A stretch of 42,151 bases of DNA from a virus (lineage: Duplodnaviria > Caudoviricetes): positions 1 through 42,151 of the IMG/VR virus record IMGVR_UViG_3300043676_000010. The stretch is one strand, 5' to 3'. The translations under genes were made by a program, and so were the position numbers. The notes under the pieces are model-generated. The model was not told where the DNA came from. It saw only the letters and a program-made list of their open reading frames with translations, and searched no databases. Below, piece after piece: positions 26,975 to 37,252 of this stretch. The first letter of the stretch is position 1. Every line of letters begins with the position of its first letter.

Positions 26975-27165
26975 CATCCAAACTCCTCACCATAAAACTA
27001 TTCTACAATTTGGCTACTCAAACTTTCTATATCCAGTTAGGAGGTACTATTTACCAAGCTCCTGATAAATGGATAATGGAGATCAAGAAACGTGAAGGGT
27101 TGGATATTCGTAATGTTAGAGATATTAAGGATATGCAGGAAATAAGTAATAATGATAAGGTATGA
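26971..27165 (+). CDS. Hypothetical protein
   Basis: ATGA overlaps. Confidence 0.55.
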   Translation: MTSKLLTIKLFYNLATQTFYIQLGGTIYQAPDKWIMEIKKREGLDIRNVRDIKDMQEISNNDKV

Positions 27166-27488
27166 AAAAGATTAAAGAAACAAGTATGAGTATAATAGCT
27201 GATAAGTACATTGAGAAACTCAGAATATCATCTTCGTCTATTGATAAACGCAGAGATATAGACAGAAGGTTAGGGTTTGTTGCCGGGTGGAAAGGCGCTG
27301 AAGAAATAACAAATACTTATATTGATCTTTTTGAAAATTGTAATAAAAGACTTAATGAATTAATTGAAGAAAATGATAGGTTAAAAAATCTTATTGAAAA
27401 AATGTATGTAGATCATTGGAGGCATAGGGTATCTAGTAAACCATTAGTAGATACGTTACGTCAATTCAAACAAGATAATAACCTATGA
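27162..27488 (+). CDS. Hypothetical protein
   Basis: ATGA overlaps; ends QFKQDNNL. Confidence 0.55.
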   Translation: MKKIKETSMSIIADKYIEKLRISSSSIDKRRDIDRRLGFVAGWKGAEEITNTYIDLFENCNKRLNELIEENDRLKNLIEKMYVDHWRHRVSSKPLVDTLRQFKQDNNL

Positions 27489-28123
27489 CAGTCGCATACC
27501 CCCTCAAATCCCAATCTGACTACTCAGAACTAAAGTACTCGCTAAGATCAATTGAAAGATTTTATAGAGGTAATGAAGTTGTAATCATTGGCAGTAAGTT
27601 ACCGGACTGGATTGATAACGTAACCTGGATAAGGGTTGAAGATATACCGAATAGGAAGCAATTAACGATCAAGTACAAAATATTAGCAGCGTTAGAATAT
27701 ACAGATGAAATATATTTTATGAACGATGATGTTTTCTTACTTGAGCCGCCTACATTCAAATATTACTATCACGGTGATCTGGCTTCAGTAGGTGAATCAG
27801 GAGCAAGGCCGTTACTGAAGCAGTTGCAGTCATTCGGTAAACCAACTAAGAATTTCGATGGTCATTTCGCACTGGTATATCGTAAAGACTTTGCGAAGGT
27901 ATTGGATAACTTTGCACATGATGTAATTGTGAAGAGTGCGTATTGCAATTATTTAGAGATCGAAGGTGAGAAGATAGCTGATAATAAAATTATTGGTAAG
28001 AAAGTAGATGTTAAACAGTTTATCAAAGATCGTTCATCAATATCAACTGGTGAGAGTAGTTGGGCAGTAGTGCAGCCTGTAGTTGCGGAGATATTTAAAC
28101 AGAAATCAATGTATGAGAAATGA
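27485..28123 (+). CDS. Stealth-like sugar-phosphotransferase
   Basis: ELKYSLRSIE...PDW...IYFMNDDVF resembles Stealth CR2. Confidence 0.7.
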   Translation: MTVAYPLKSQSDYSELKYSLRSIERFYRGNEVVIIGSKLPDWIDNVTWIRVEDIPNRKQLTIKYKILAALEYTDEIYFMNDDVFLLEPPTFKYYYHGDLASVGESGARPLLKQLQSFGKPTKNFDGHFALVYRKDFAKVLDNFAHDVIVKSAYCNYLEIEGEKIADNKIIGKKVDVKQFIKDRSSISTGESSWAVVQPVVAEIFKQKSMYEK

Positions 28124-28767
28124 TTCAGAACGTACCACTCAGTTTTTATTGTTCACGTCTAGACGCGGGCGAAAACTTTAAGTTCCTTCGCTTCGGCGAT
28201 GGTGAGTTTCATTGTTACTTAGGTAGTGATATTGTAATTGGTAAGAACGAGCATGATGTTTACCCGGCGTTGACAAATAAGATAAGATCAATAGTTGATA
28301 ATTTAAACCCTTCTCACTTTAATGCTTTACAGCCATATAGTTTAACTATACCGGAATTTCAATCTATCATACCAGATATTAATTGGCTTAATGCAGACGT
28401 ATTTCATAACGCTTCTGAAGCGGGTGAGTTAGCTCCGTTCTTTAGGTCGTTGAGCAAACGGGATGTTGTATTGGTTAGTAACTGGGAGAAAAGGAAGTTC
28501 AATAAGTCTTGGGGATTCTTGGAAGTTATAACCAGGAATAGCTTCGATGATTACGAATGGGTATTGGAAGGCGTTACCAAATACCCAAAGAATACGGTAT
28601 TTTTATTCGCGGCATCCCGTCTATCAGTCCCGGTTATCTATGACGGGCCTGAAGATTGTACTATGATTGATATTGGTTCGTTATTAGATCCATATATTGG
28701 GAAGATAACGAGAAGGTATCATACGAAAATGACTGAAGAGATAATGAAACGTAACTTAGAAATATGA
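28120..28767 (+). CDS. GT-D fold (DUF1792-like) glycosyltransferase
   Basis: FLRFGDGE and IDIGSLLD motifs. Confidence 0.7.
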   Translation: MIQNVPLSFYCSRLDAGENFKFLRFGDGEFHCYLGSDIVIGKNEHDVYPALTNKIRSIVDNLNPSHFNALQPYSLTIPEFQSIIPDINWLNADVFHNASEAGELAPFFRSLSKRDVVLVSNWEKRKFNKSWGFLEVITRNSFDDYEWVLEGVTKYPKNTVFLFAASRLSVPVIYDGPEDCTMIDIGSLLDPYIGKITRRYHTKMTEEIMKRNLEI

Positions 28768-29684
28768 CAATCGGCTTTCTCATACGAACAGGCGGAATAT
28801 TCGGATCAGTCAGAGAAGTGATCGAGAACGGTAACGTACTTACTGACTTAGGCCACGATGTAACTATTTACACAGATCACGGTAAAGACTTAGGTTGGTT
28901 GCCGAACATCTGCCAATGGGAATCTAACGAGAAAATAAAGCCGCTAGATTGTTTAATATTCATTGATGACCCTGATGAGAAATATTACGAATTATTTAAA
29001 CGAGCTGAAGCGAAAGTAAAAGCCTATTGTATGTTGGGGTTTGATAAATCCAGAATCAACGGGCAGTTTGTTTCACCAGTTCATCACGAATTAATAACTA
29101 ACTACTGGCCGATGGCTGATTCTGATTGGCAGTTGGAGATCATTAGGTACTTCAACCCGGATTGCGGCCCGTCAATCGGTGGTATCAATACAACTCAATT
29201 CAAACCAGTAGTAAGAAAGAAGATGTTTGATGTTTCGTGGTCTAATGATCCACGCCCTCGTAAGGATAGCAAGACTGTAGCTGCTGCAATCGGGAAGATC
29301 AGTAATAAATCATATTACCGTAAAGGTATCAAGCAAGACGACTTAAAGAAGTTCCTCTGCGATAGCCGTGTCTTTGTAGACGGTCACGTCAGAGGCGGGT
29401 GGTGTAATCCAGTAGCTGAAGCAATGGCCTGTGGCGTGCCTGTAGTGTGTACAGAGACGCCCTGTAACTCTTCATTTGCGATAGATGACTTTACTTGTAT
29501 AAGGGTTAAAGAAGGTGATAGTGTTGGGATGAGAGCGGGGATATTGAAGTTGCTGAGTAACGAGCAGTATGCAAAGTATCTTTCCGGTAATGCTCTGGAT
29601 CTTATTAGGAAGTTTGATTACAGGATTGTGGGGAAACGATTATCTGAAGCAATAATAAGCAAGGTTAATGCAGCCACTAATTAA
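28764..29684 (+). CDS. GT-B (GT4-like) glycosyltransferase
   Basis: LGHDVTIY; GWCNPVAEAMACGVPVV. Confidence 0.85.
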   Translation: MTIGFLIRTGGIFGSVREVIENGNVLTDLGHDVTIYTDHGKDLGWLPNICQWESNEKIKPLDCLIFIDDPDEKYYELFKRAEAKVKAYCMLGFDKSRINGQFVSPVHHELITNYWPMADSDWQLEIIRYFNPDCGPSIGGINTTQFKPVVRKKMFDVSWSNDPRPRKDSKTVAAAIGKISNKSYYRKGIKQDDLKKFLCDSRVFVDGHVRGGWCNPVAEAMACGVPVVCTETPCNSSFAIDDFTCIRVKEGDSVGMRAGILKLLSNEQYAKYLSGNALDLIRKFDYRIVGKRLSEAIISKVNAATN

Positions 29685-30273
29685 TATACTGATCCGAACT
29701 TCACAGAGAAAGTTTTTATTTGAGAGATGTTTAGCATCTATTATATCGCAAACGTATAAGAATATCAGGATAATTGTTAGTTATGATTTTGAATGTAATT
29801 ATATTCCTGATTGGTGTGATAAGATAAGAGTGCAGAAAGGTGATAGTGGTTATTACTGGAATCTTTATTTGAATGAACTTAAAGAGAAAGTTAATGAAGG
29901 ATGGTTTATTATCATAGATGACGATGATTTCATTTACTCAAAGTCTGCAATCGGGGATATAGTTAAGCACTTAACAAATCCAGAAGTTGGTATTATCTGC
30001 CAGTTCCTTCGTGGTCAGATGCGAAAACCTGGATTGGTTCAGATGAGAAATAAAACCATTAAACGTGGATTAATTGGTATGCCTTGTATTATCTTACATT
30101 ATAGTAAAAAGAATATAGCTATGTTCGATGGACTACCAGCAGCGGATTATAGATTTATTCAAGACGTATCGAAAGTGTTACCGTTAGAATGGGTTGAGAA
30201 AGTAATTGTAAAAACTGATCGGATAGGGAAAGGGAAACCGCACAATGTTACACATAATAGAGCCATACGATAA
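29668..30273 (+). CDS. GT-A (GT2-like) glycosyltransferase
   Basis: PLINILIRT...SIISQTYKN...IIDDDD. Confidence 0.8.
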   Translation: MQPLINILIRTSQRKFLFERCLASIISQTYKNIRIIVSYDFECNYIPDWCDKIRVQKGDSGYYWNLYLNELKEKVNEGWFIIIDDDDFIYSKSAIGDIVKHLTNPEVGIICQFLRGQMRKPGLVQMRNKTIKRGLIGMPCIILHYSKKNIAMFDGLPAADYRFIQDVSKVLPLEWVEKVIVKTDRIGKGKPHNVTHNRAIR

Positions 30274-30769
30274 CGAAAAGAACTTAGGCAGAGCTTACAA
30301 CGAAGCTATGAAGTACTACAATGCTGATGATTGGGTATGCTTGAAAGATCACGACACTTTGTTTCTGCTTCCAGATACTATCCGTCATATATCACGTTAT
30401 ACTGAGTTGAATCCTAATGCTGGGATATTGACTTGTTACACGAATCGTTTGGCTAATGGGGAGCAGTTAACGGGCGCAAGATGTAGCGAAAATGATTCTA
30501 TACGAAATCATATTGTAATTGCGAAAGGGGTGGAGGTGATGTTGTATGATACTACCTTACTACTAAAACCTATCTCCGGTTTCTTAATGGTAATCCGTAA
30601 GAGTACTTGGGATCGTGTTAAGTTCGATGACGGTTGTCTCGGAGTTGATAACAAGTATCATTTGAAAATAGTTGCTGCCGGTATGGATGTATTACGGATG
30701 AATGGAATTTATGTTTGGCATACTTATAGGTTAATTAATGGAGTTAGAGATAAAAAACATTTGATATGA
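30245..30769 (+). CDS. GT-A (GT2-like) glycosyltransferase
   Basis: LGRAYN, WVCLKDHD (DxD), ISGFLMVI, GVDN, YVWH. Confidence 0.7.
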   Translation: MLHIIEPYDNEKNLGRAYNEAMKYYNADDWVCLKDHDTLFLLPDTIRHISRYTELNPNAGILTCYTNRLANGEQLTGARCSENDSIRNHIVIAKGVEVMLYDTTLLLKPISGFLMVIRKSTWDRVKFDDGCLGVDNKYHLKIVAAGMDVLRMNGIYVWHTYRLINGVRDKKHLI

Positions 30770-30910
30770 ATGATGATATGCTGATAGCGGGTGCGAGTAA
30801 CATGGCTTCGCATTTCAACCCAATGAATATAAGTCGTTCCAACCTCCTGAGGGCAGTAATGTACCCAAGAGCAATATCAGGCAAGGTTACTTATCATCAT
30901 TCATCCAAAT

Positions 30911-32194
30911 ATGTCTAACAAACCCTTCCAAATACGAATGGATGAACTACATCCGGCGCAACATACAATAATGGAAGAGCGCAGAAGATTCAACACTTTA
31001 AAATGTGGAAGAAGATTCGGTAAAACTAAATTAGCTGAAGAATTATTATTATCACCTGAAGATAGAAGCAACGGAGCTTTGAATGGTTATCCTGTTGCTT
31101 ATTGTGCGCCTACTTATAAAATGGTAATGGAAGTATGGAGAGCGATTAACGGAATAGTTTACGGAGTTACTAAAAGCAAATCAGAAACTGAGAAACGAAT
31201 TGAGCTAGTAGGTGGCGGCACTATCAATATGTGGTCAATGGATTCGGCAGATTCAATAAGGGGTAATAAATACAAACGTATTATAATTGATGAAGCTGAA
31301 ATAGTTGCTGATCTTAAAAACTCATGGCAACGGGTAATCAGGCCAACACTTACGGATATGAAAGGTGATGCCTGGTTCTTATCAACTCCAGCATTTGGCG
31401 AAAGTTATTTCAAATCATTATGCAGACTTGATAATGAGAAGTGGATGAACTGGAAATATTCAAGCTATGATAACCCATATTTAGATCCAGCAGAAATTGA
31501 TGAAGCTAAAGAGCAGCTTGATGAAGAGGTTTTTAATTGTGAGTATTTAGCAGAAGATGTTTCGCTGGCAGTTAATAAATTTATATACAAATTTGAAAGA
31601 AATAAACACATTGTTGCGGGACTTCAACCGCTCCCGTTCTTACCTATTATACTTTCATTCGATTTTAATGTGGAGCCTATCACTTGTATGGTAGGTCAAT
31701 GCGATGGGTTGAATAAAGTTAGAATATTAGACGAGTATAGGTTAATGAATAGCGATATTGAGGAACTATGCGCAAGAATATTTTCTGACTACTCAGATAG
31801 GATGCTATTAGTTACAGGTGATGCTTCTGGGATGAATAGAACGGCATTAAAAAGGGATCTCAATTATTACAAAGTAATTCAAAGCAAACTGAAGTTAGGT
31901 ATTCATCAGTTTAAAATACCTTCAGCCAATCCGAGAATAAAGAACACAAGAGTATTGTGTAATTCGTTACTAAGTAAGCATACCGACTATTTGTTTTCTG
32001 ATCGTGTGCCATACTTAGTTGCTGATATTGAAAGTTGCGAAGTAGATGCTCACGGTGATATTGATAAGTCAAAAGATAAGCACAAAACGCACTTACTTGA
32101 TGCGTGGCGGTACTTTAATTGGACTTTTCTTAGTAAATTTATCAATCTTAAATTGTATGACAATAGCCCCGACCTACAGCGCAATGGAGATTAA
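30911..32194 (+). CDS. terL: Terminase large subunit
   Basis: CGRRFGKT, IIIDEA, STP, SFDFN, GDASG, HLLDAWRY. Confidence 0.92.
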   Translation: MSNKPFQIRMDELHPAQHTIMEERRRFNTLKCGRRFGKTKLAEELLLSPEDRSNGALNGYPVAYCAPTYKMVMEVWRAINGIVYGVTKSKSETEKRIELVGGGTINMWSMDSADSIRGNKYKRIIIDEAEIVADLKNSWQRVIRPTLTDMKGDAWFLSTPAFGESYFKSLCRLDNEKWMNWKYSSYDNPYLDPAEIDEAKEQLDEEVFNCEYLAEDVSLAVNKFIYKFERNKHIVAGLQPLPFLPIILSFDFNVEPITCMVGQCDGLNKVRILDEYRLMNSDIEELCARIFSDYSDRMLLVTGDASGMNRTALKRDLNYYKVIQSKLKLGIHQFKIPSANPRIKNTRVLCNSLLSKHTDYLFSDRVPYLVADIESCEVDAHGDIDKSKDKHKTHLLDAWRYFNWTFLSKFINLKLYDNSPDLQRNGD

Positions 32195-32366
32195 AGATAT
32201 GTGCATTAACTTTTCACTGGAATATAGTATCTTTAAAACTATTGTTGATATAATCGAAGATGAGTTTGAATTGTATAATGATGAAGATTTAATAATTTTG
32301 ATGCAAGCGAGTGTGATAATGTTTAGTAGGAGTATGTTAAAGTTATCGTTAAATAATATGAGATGA
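32157..32366 (+). CDS. Hypothetical protein
   Basis: ATG 32157 reduces the overlap with terL. Confidence 0.4.
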   Translation: MTIAPTYSAMEIKDMCINFSLEYSIFKTIVDIIEDEFELYNDEDLIILMQASVIMFSRSMLKLSLNNMR

Positions 32367-32743
32367 ATACAATGCAGCCAACAATGCCGACAGGGTTTAA
32401 TTATGTTCCTGATTACTATGTAATAGGACAAGAGTGTTATTTTGAAGGTAGTAGTCCAGTAAATCCAGAAACGTGGCCACTATTTAAAAGACTTCAAGAA
32501 AGACATGATAGATTACAACTGTTATTAAGACAGCCAATGGCTTTTAGTATAGAACTTATTAATAAAACATTTAGTCCGGTTAAGAACATGGCAACGGGAA
32601 TGATAATAAGGGATGCAATATTTCAATTTCATTCTTTTATTAAAAATCTTAATGATGATCATCTTTCATTACGATACGATGATAATTATAGAAGTTTTAT
32701 AATTGGTTACGATCATTTATACAATAAAGAATGTGGAAACTAG
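32363..32743 (+). CDS. Hypothetical protein
   Basis: ATGA overlap. Confidence 0.55.
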   Translation: MNTMQPTMPTGFNYVPDYYVIGQECYFEGSSPVNPETWPLFKRLQERHDRLQLLLRQPMAFSIELINKTFSPVKNMATGMIIRDAIFQFHSFIKNLNDDHLSLRYDDNYRSFIIGYDHLYNKECGN

Positions 32744-33267
32744 AATCAGATAACGGTAAAGAAAGAAGCTACGTAAATTCAGCTACAGGTACAAAATCTG
32801 TAATGAATTTAATGTACACTGATAAGGATGGTAATAAATGGTGGTCGTTTTCTGATCTGACTGCAATGCCATATACTAGAAATTTCGCAGCTACAAAGAT
32901 TACCTCATTATATGCTTTAGGATTAAGTAAAGATGATCTGACTTCTCATATCTCTACGATGAAAACAATGTTGAAGTCTAACGACCCAGAGAAGCAAGAA
33001 AAGATGTATGCTAGTGTTCTTGACTTCGAGAGTAAGGCTAACAACGCTACTGATGCAATAAAACAAATGTCATCTCTTGTCTGCGTATATTTCACTTTAA
33101 ACGACGAGCCAATAGATTCATTTGATAATAATTTGCAGATAAAGAAAATGTCACTACTGGAGGCCGACATCGAGATGCACGGTTTTTTTTTGAAACATCA
33201 GATCGGTATCACAGAACGGTATTCAGCGTTCTTAAATCAACTTTCCCAAATTGCTTCAGTGCAGTAG
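32731..33267 (+). CDS. Tail assembly chaperone (lambda G-like short form)
   Basis: Upstream of tape measure; slippery T9 run near its 3' end. Confidence 0.7.
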   Translation: MWKLESDNGKERSYVNSATGTKSVMNLMYTDKDGNKWWSFSDLTAMPYTRNFAATKITSLYALGLSKDDLTSHISTMKTMLKSNDPEKQEKMYASVLDFESKANNATDAIKQMSSLVCVYFTLNDEPIDSFDNNLQIKKMSLLEADIEMHGFFLKHQIGITERYSAFLNQLSQIASVQ

Positions 33268-33482
33268 AAAAGAAAATTAATTCATTTAGCGAAGAGATCC
33301 AGAAAGCAGCAGATTCAGAACGATCAATGCAATTAATGATGCGAAGTATCACAAACGGGGTAATATCAGAACGTGATCGGTTGTTTCAATATACTACGGG
33401 GGAATATTACCAGGAGTTATCGTTATTCATTCAGGAAGTGGAGCAGAAAAACGAGGATTATAAGAAGTTAAATAAAAAGTAA
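33183..33482 (+). CDS. -1 frameshift extension (GT-like long form)
   Basis: GGT TTT TTT TTG at 33181-33192; -1 frame open from 33183 to TAA 33480-33482. Confidence 0.75.
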   Translation, partial: FFFETSDRYHRTVFSVLKSTFPNCFSAVEKKINSFSEEIQKAADSERSMQLMMRSITNGVISERDRLFQYTTGEYYQELSLFIQEVEQKNEDYKKLNKK

Positions 33483-33538
33483 TATCTTTATCCTATCCAT
33501 AACTATTAACGACAACTGGGGAGTTCTTTTTAATCGTT

Positions 33539-36500
33539 ATGGCAGATTCAATAGAAAGAACCATTTATAAGTTAGAGATAGACGATTCGGCCTATATTAA
33601 AGGGGTTGATTCGCTAACTGCATCTACTCAGAAATTCTCCCAAGCCCAAGACGCAGCCAATAAAAAACTCGCTGAAGCCAAGATTGCACTCAAAGCCGCC
33701 TCCGACGCTGTATTACGTCAGCAACAAGAACTTGATAACGCAAATAAAGGAAGTAATACCGGAATAATTAAGCAGCGGCAGGACGCTTTAAAATCGGCTC
33801 AGGTAGAACAACAGAAACTTACTGATTTAGTTAAGCAAACTGAAATAGAATATCAGAAAGCCACGAAACTGGCAACTGATTTCGCAAACTCAACTGCAAA
33901 AGGTCGTATTGCTATCCCGCCTGTAACTCCGCAGAATATACCTCAACTGCCATTAGGTGGTACTGGATTAGGCGAAGCTGTAGGTGCTTCAGCAGCAGAG
34001 TTTGAGCAACTTCGGGGAGCTATTGCAGCAGCCGAACTGGCTTTATCTGAAATGAATCAGGAATCTGAAGAGTTTAAGGCGTTAGCTCCAGCGGTTGAAG
34101 CTGGTAAGAAAGCATTGGCCGATTACGATGCAGCCGCAGAATCAGCAGGACAATCTACTGTATCACTAAGAACACAGATCCGGCAGGGAAGGGAAGAGCT
34201 GGTGAAGATGGAGCAAGCTGGAAAGGCTAACTCAAAAGAATACTTCGAACTTGAAAAACGGGTGGCTTCATTAACTGATGCTTACGGAGATCAGCAACAA
34301 CGGATTAAAATACTCGCTTCAGATACTAAAGCGTTAGATTTCGGTAAAGGTGCTATCACTGCTGCTACTGCTGCATTTTCAGCTTATACCTCAGTAGCAG
34401 TATTAGTAGGTGATCAGAATGAAGAGCTACAGAAGAAAACATTACAGCTATTTGCAGCTATGCAGTTGCTTCAATCATTGGAGCAGTTGAGTAATCTTAC
34501 AAGACGGGAGGGGGTATTGGCTACGTTAGCACAATCTGGAGCACAAGCTGCTTATACGGCTGTAGTGGGGGCAAGTACGGGGGTATTGAAGGGTTTTAAA
34601 TTAGCCCTGGCCGGTACTGGAATCGGTATTGCAATAGCAGCTATCACAGGACTTGTAATTGCATATCAGAAGTTAGGAGAAGCAAGTAAAGAAGCTGCTG
34701 CTGAACAGAAAGCACAAACAGAAATAGGTCAAGCTGCTGCAAGTTCATTCGCCGCTGAAGTTGTTCATTTAGATTTGATAAAGACTAAACTGAATGATGT
34801 TACTATTTCTCAAAAACAACGTACTGCATTAGCAAAAGAATATAACAAGACTGCTGAAGAGGGTAATAAAATTGATTTGAAACAGATTGATAACATTGCC
34901 TTAATTAATAAAGCTATTGATACGCAGATTGCCAAGATTAAAGAACGTGCTTTAGCAAGAGCAGCCGAAACTGTAATAGCACAAAAAGCCGAAGAGGTAT
35001 TTAAAATACAAGCTGAAATTTCAGCTAAAAGCCCAGTATTGGATGTTAACCAACGCGCAGCTACTGCAAGACTTCAGGTGGAGCAGAAAACTTTAGATGA
35101 TAGGGCTAACCAAGTTGTCGCTAATCGTGCTAAAATATTAGGAATAAAACCAGTTACAACTAACGAGATACTTGCATTAACTGGATTAAGTGATGAACAA
35201 ATTAATGCAGGTGCAAAGAATAGCGAGAAGTTGAAACTATTACAGGATGCTTCTACAAGAGATCAATTAAGGGCAATAAATTTACGTAAACAACAAATAG
35301 CCGCTGAGAATGTCGGTACAAGTTCTGAGTTAAGAGGTTTATTTGATAGCTTAGATACTGCTCAGGATGCTTTGAATAACGCTTTAAAATTCGGAGTCGA
35401 TTTTATAACAGTTGAGTCATTGTTTAAGGAAGGTGGATCAAAGATTGAGAATGTTTTTATTCAAGAACGCGACCGTTTGCTTGCTAAGATTGCAGAGTTA
35501 AGACGTTCTGAGGAAACTGGTATAAAACAAATTAACGATGAGTTCGCTGCAAAACTTACGGTTGAACAAAACCGTATTGCTCAGTTATTAAAAGAACAGA
35601 AATTAACACAGCCACAGGCTGACATACTCGTTAAACTTGCTGTTACTGCAAACCAAACAGAATTAAATAAAGCCCTTGCCGACTTCAATAAAAAAGTATT
35701 AGACGCAAGAGAGAAACTTAACGATGATCTTCGCAAACTGCAATCACAAACTACCGAAGATACCTTAAATCTTATTCAAGATGAGTTTGAAAGACGTAAA
35801 CAGCTTATAGATTTCAACGAGCAGCAAGAATTAGCAGATCAAAAAGAATTTACCGATGATCGTTTAGCTGCTCTTGATCTTGATAGATTATTAATAGGTG
35901 AAGAAACATATCAAAGGGTTAAGGCAGGTATAATTGAAGCAGGTGAGCAGAATAGTCTGAACATTCTGGCTCGTTTCGCAGCTCAACGTAAAGATTTAGC
36001 TGCTGATATATTTAAACAATCTTTAGATGCTATTGGCTCAGGTCTTGATATTGGGTTAATCTTCAGAGATGAGAACCTGGCTAATGAAGTCAGAGATGCG
36101 GCAAATCGTTTCTTACAAGGTAAAATCAACTACGAGCAGTTTCAAAAAGAACTTACAGCAATTCAAAGACGTGAAGAGGGGATACGCCGAGATGCTGTAC
36201 TTTCAAACCAGCGTTCCGAATTAGCTGAACTTGATCGGCATATAGCATCTATACTTGATAGAACCAGTGCTGAATATAAAGAATTAATAAGACTTAGAAA
36301 TGATTTACGGGCGAAGATCGCATCAGGAGAAAAAGAGGATGCTATTAAAGATGCTGAAGATAAAAATACAGATCCTAATAAGAGAAAGGTTGATTCGCTA
36401 AACGAATACACTCAATCAATATCTCAGCTAGCAGATTCTGTAATTGCGTTCTGGCAGAAAGCTAACGAAGCCGAATCAGCAGCATTAGATAGATCAATAT

Positions 36501-37252
36501 CATTACAAGAGAAACGAGTTGATGCAGCTATCAGAATTGCAGAACGTGGTAACGCTGCTTATCTGAAACAGGAAGAGGACAGATTAAAAGAATTACAGAT
36601 ACAAAAAGAGAATGCTGCTAGGAAAGAGTTAGCTATTAACGCAGCGTTACAAGCCTCTCAGTTATTAGTTGCAATTACCGGGGCTGTGGCTAAAATAGCT
36701 GACCCAGTAACCGGCCCTGCTGAAGTGATAGGGTCAATAGCGATAATAGTTTCATCACTTGCTGCTGGTTATGCTCTTGTAAAATCATTGCAGAATAACC
36801 AGCCTAAGTTTGCCAAAGGTGATACTTATGTACGCAGGGGTAACAATCCGTCAGGTGTAGATACTATTCCAGCTTGGTTGAACGAGGGCGAGGCTGTAAT
36901 CCCTACTGAAACGAATAAGAAGTATCACCCTGCTATCAGAGCTATCTATGACGAGAAGATACCAGCGGAAGATATAAACAACTTCGTTAAGAATTACCAT
37001 GCTGTTAAAGGAGTTCCAAGGGTTAATTATGATCGTATAAAAGAATCGGCTGAACTGAGTACAACACATGACGGTAGAATGTCGGTTGCATTATCAGAAC
37101 AGAATAAATTGATACTGGAAAACAACGAACTTCAGCGGATGACTTTAAGAGCTATGAAAAACATGGCAGTGAGCGCAACGATTGACAGAGATGGCGTTGC
37201 TATTTCGGTTAATGAGTACATTCATCAAATGAATTTAAATAAAAAGATATGA
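33539..37252 (+). CDS. Tape measure protein
   Basis: 1237 aa Ala/Gln/Glu-rich helical protein with hydrophobic stretches; FAKG...DTIPAWLNEGEAVI near C-terminus. Confidence 0.85.
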   Translation: MADSIERTIYKLEIDDSAYIKGVDSLTASTQKFSQAQDAANKKLAEAKIALKAASDAVLRQQQELDNANKGSNTGIIKQRQDALKSAQVEQQKLTDLVKQTEIEYQKATKLATDFANSTAKGRIAIPPVTPQNIPQLPLGGTGLGEAVGASAAEFEQLRGAIAAAELALSEMNQESEEFKALAPAVEAGKKALADYDAAAESAGQSTVSLRTQIRQGREELVKMEQAGKANSKEYFELEKRVASLTDAYGDQQQRIKILASDTKALDFGKGAITAATAAFSAYTSVAVLVGDQNEELQKKTLQLFAAMQLLQSLEQLSNLTRREGVLATLAQSGAQAAYTAVVGASTGVLKGFKLALAGTGIGIAIAAITGLVIAYQKLGEASKEAAAEQKAQTEIGQAAASSFAAEVVHLDLIKTKLNDVTISQKQRTALAKEYNKTAEEGNKIDLKQIDNIALINKAIDTQIAKIKERALARAAETVIAQKAEEVFKIQAEISAKSPVLDVNQRAATARLQVEQKTLDDRANQVVANRAKILGIKPVTTNEILALTGLSDEQINAGAKNSEKLKLLQDASTRDQLRAINLRKQQIAAENVGTSSELRGLFDSLDTAQDALNNALKFGVDFITVESLFKEGGSKIENVFIQERDRLLAKIAELRRSEETGIKQINDEFAAKLTVEQNRIAQLLKEQKLTQPQADILVKLAVTANQTELNKALADFNKKVLDAREKLNDDLRKLQSQTTEDTLNLIQDEFERRKQLIDFNEQQELADQKEFTDDRLAALDLDRLLIGEETYQRVKAGIIEAGEQNSLNILARFAAQRKDLAADIFKQSLDAIGSGLDIGLIFRDENLANEVRDAANRFLQGKINYEQFQKELTAIQRREEGIRRDAVLSNQRSELAELDRHIASILDRTSAEYKELIRLRNDLRAKIASGEKEDAIKDAEDKNTDPNKRKVDSLNEYTQSISQLADSVIAFWQKANEAESAALDRSISLQEKRVDAAIRIAERGNAAYLKQEEDRLKELQIQKENAARKELAINAALQASQLLVAITGAVAKIADPVTGPAEVIGSIAIIVSSLAAGYALVKSLQNNQPKFAKGDTYVRRGNNPSGVDTIPAWLNEGEAVIPTETNKKYHPAIRAIYDEKIPAEDINNFVKNYHAVKGVPRVNYDRIKESAELSTTHDGRMSVALSEQNKLILENNELQRMTLRAMKNMAVSATIDRDGVAISVNEYIHQMNLNKKI

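Noticed and set aside
30766-30918. Possible 50-aa ORF between the GT cluster and terL
   Set aside because: Overlaps fit, but no motif or other support; left uncalled
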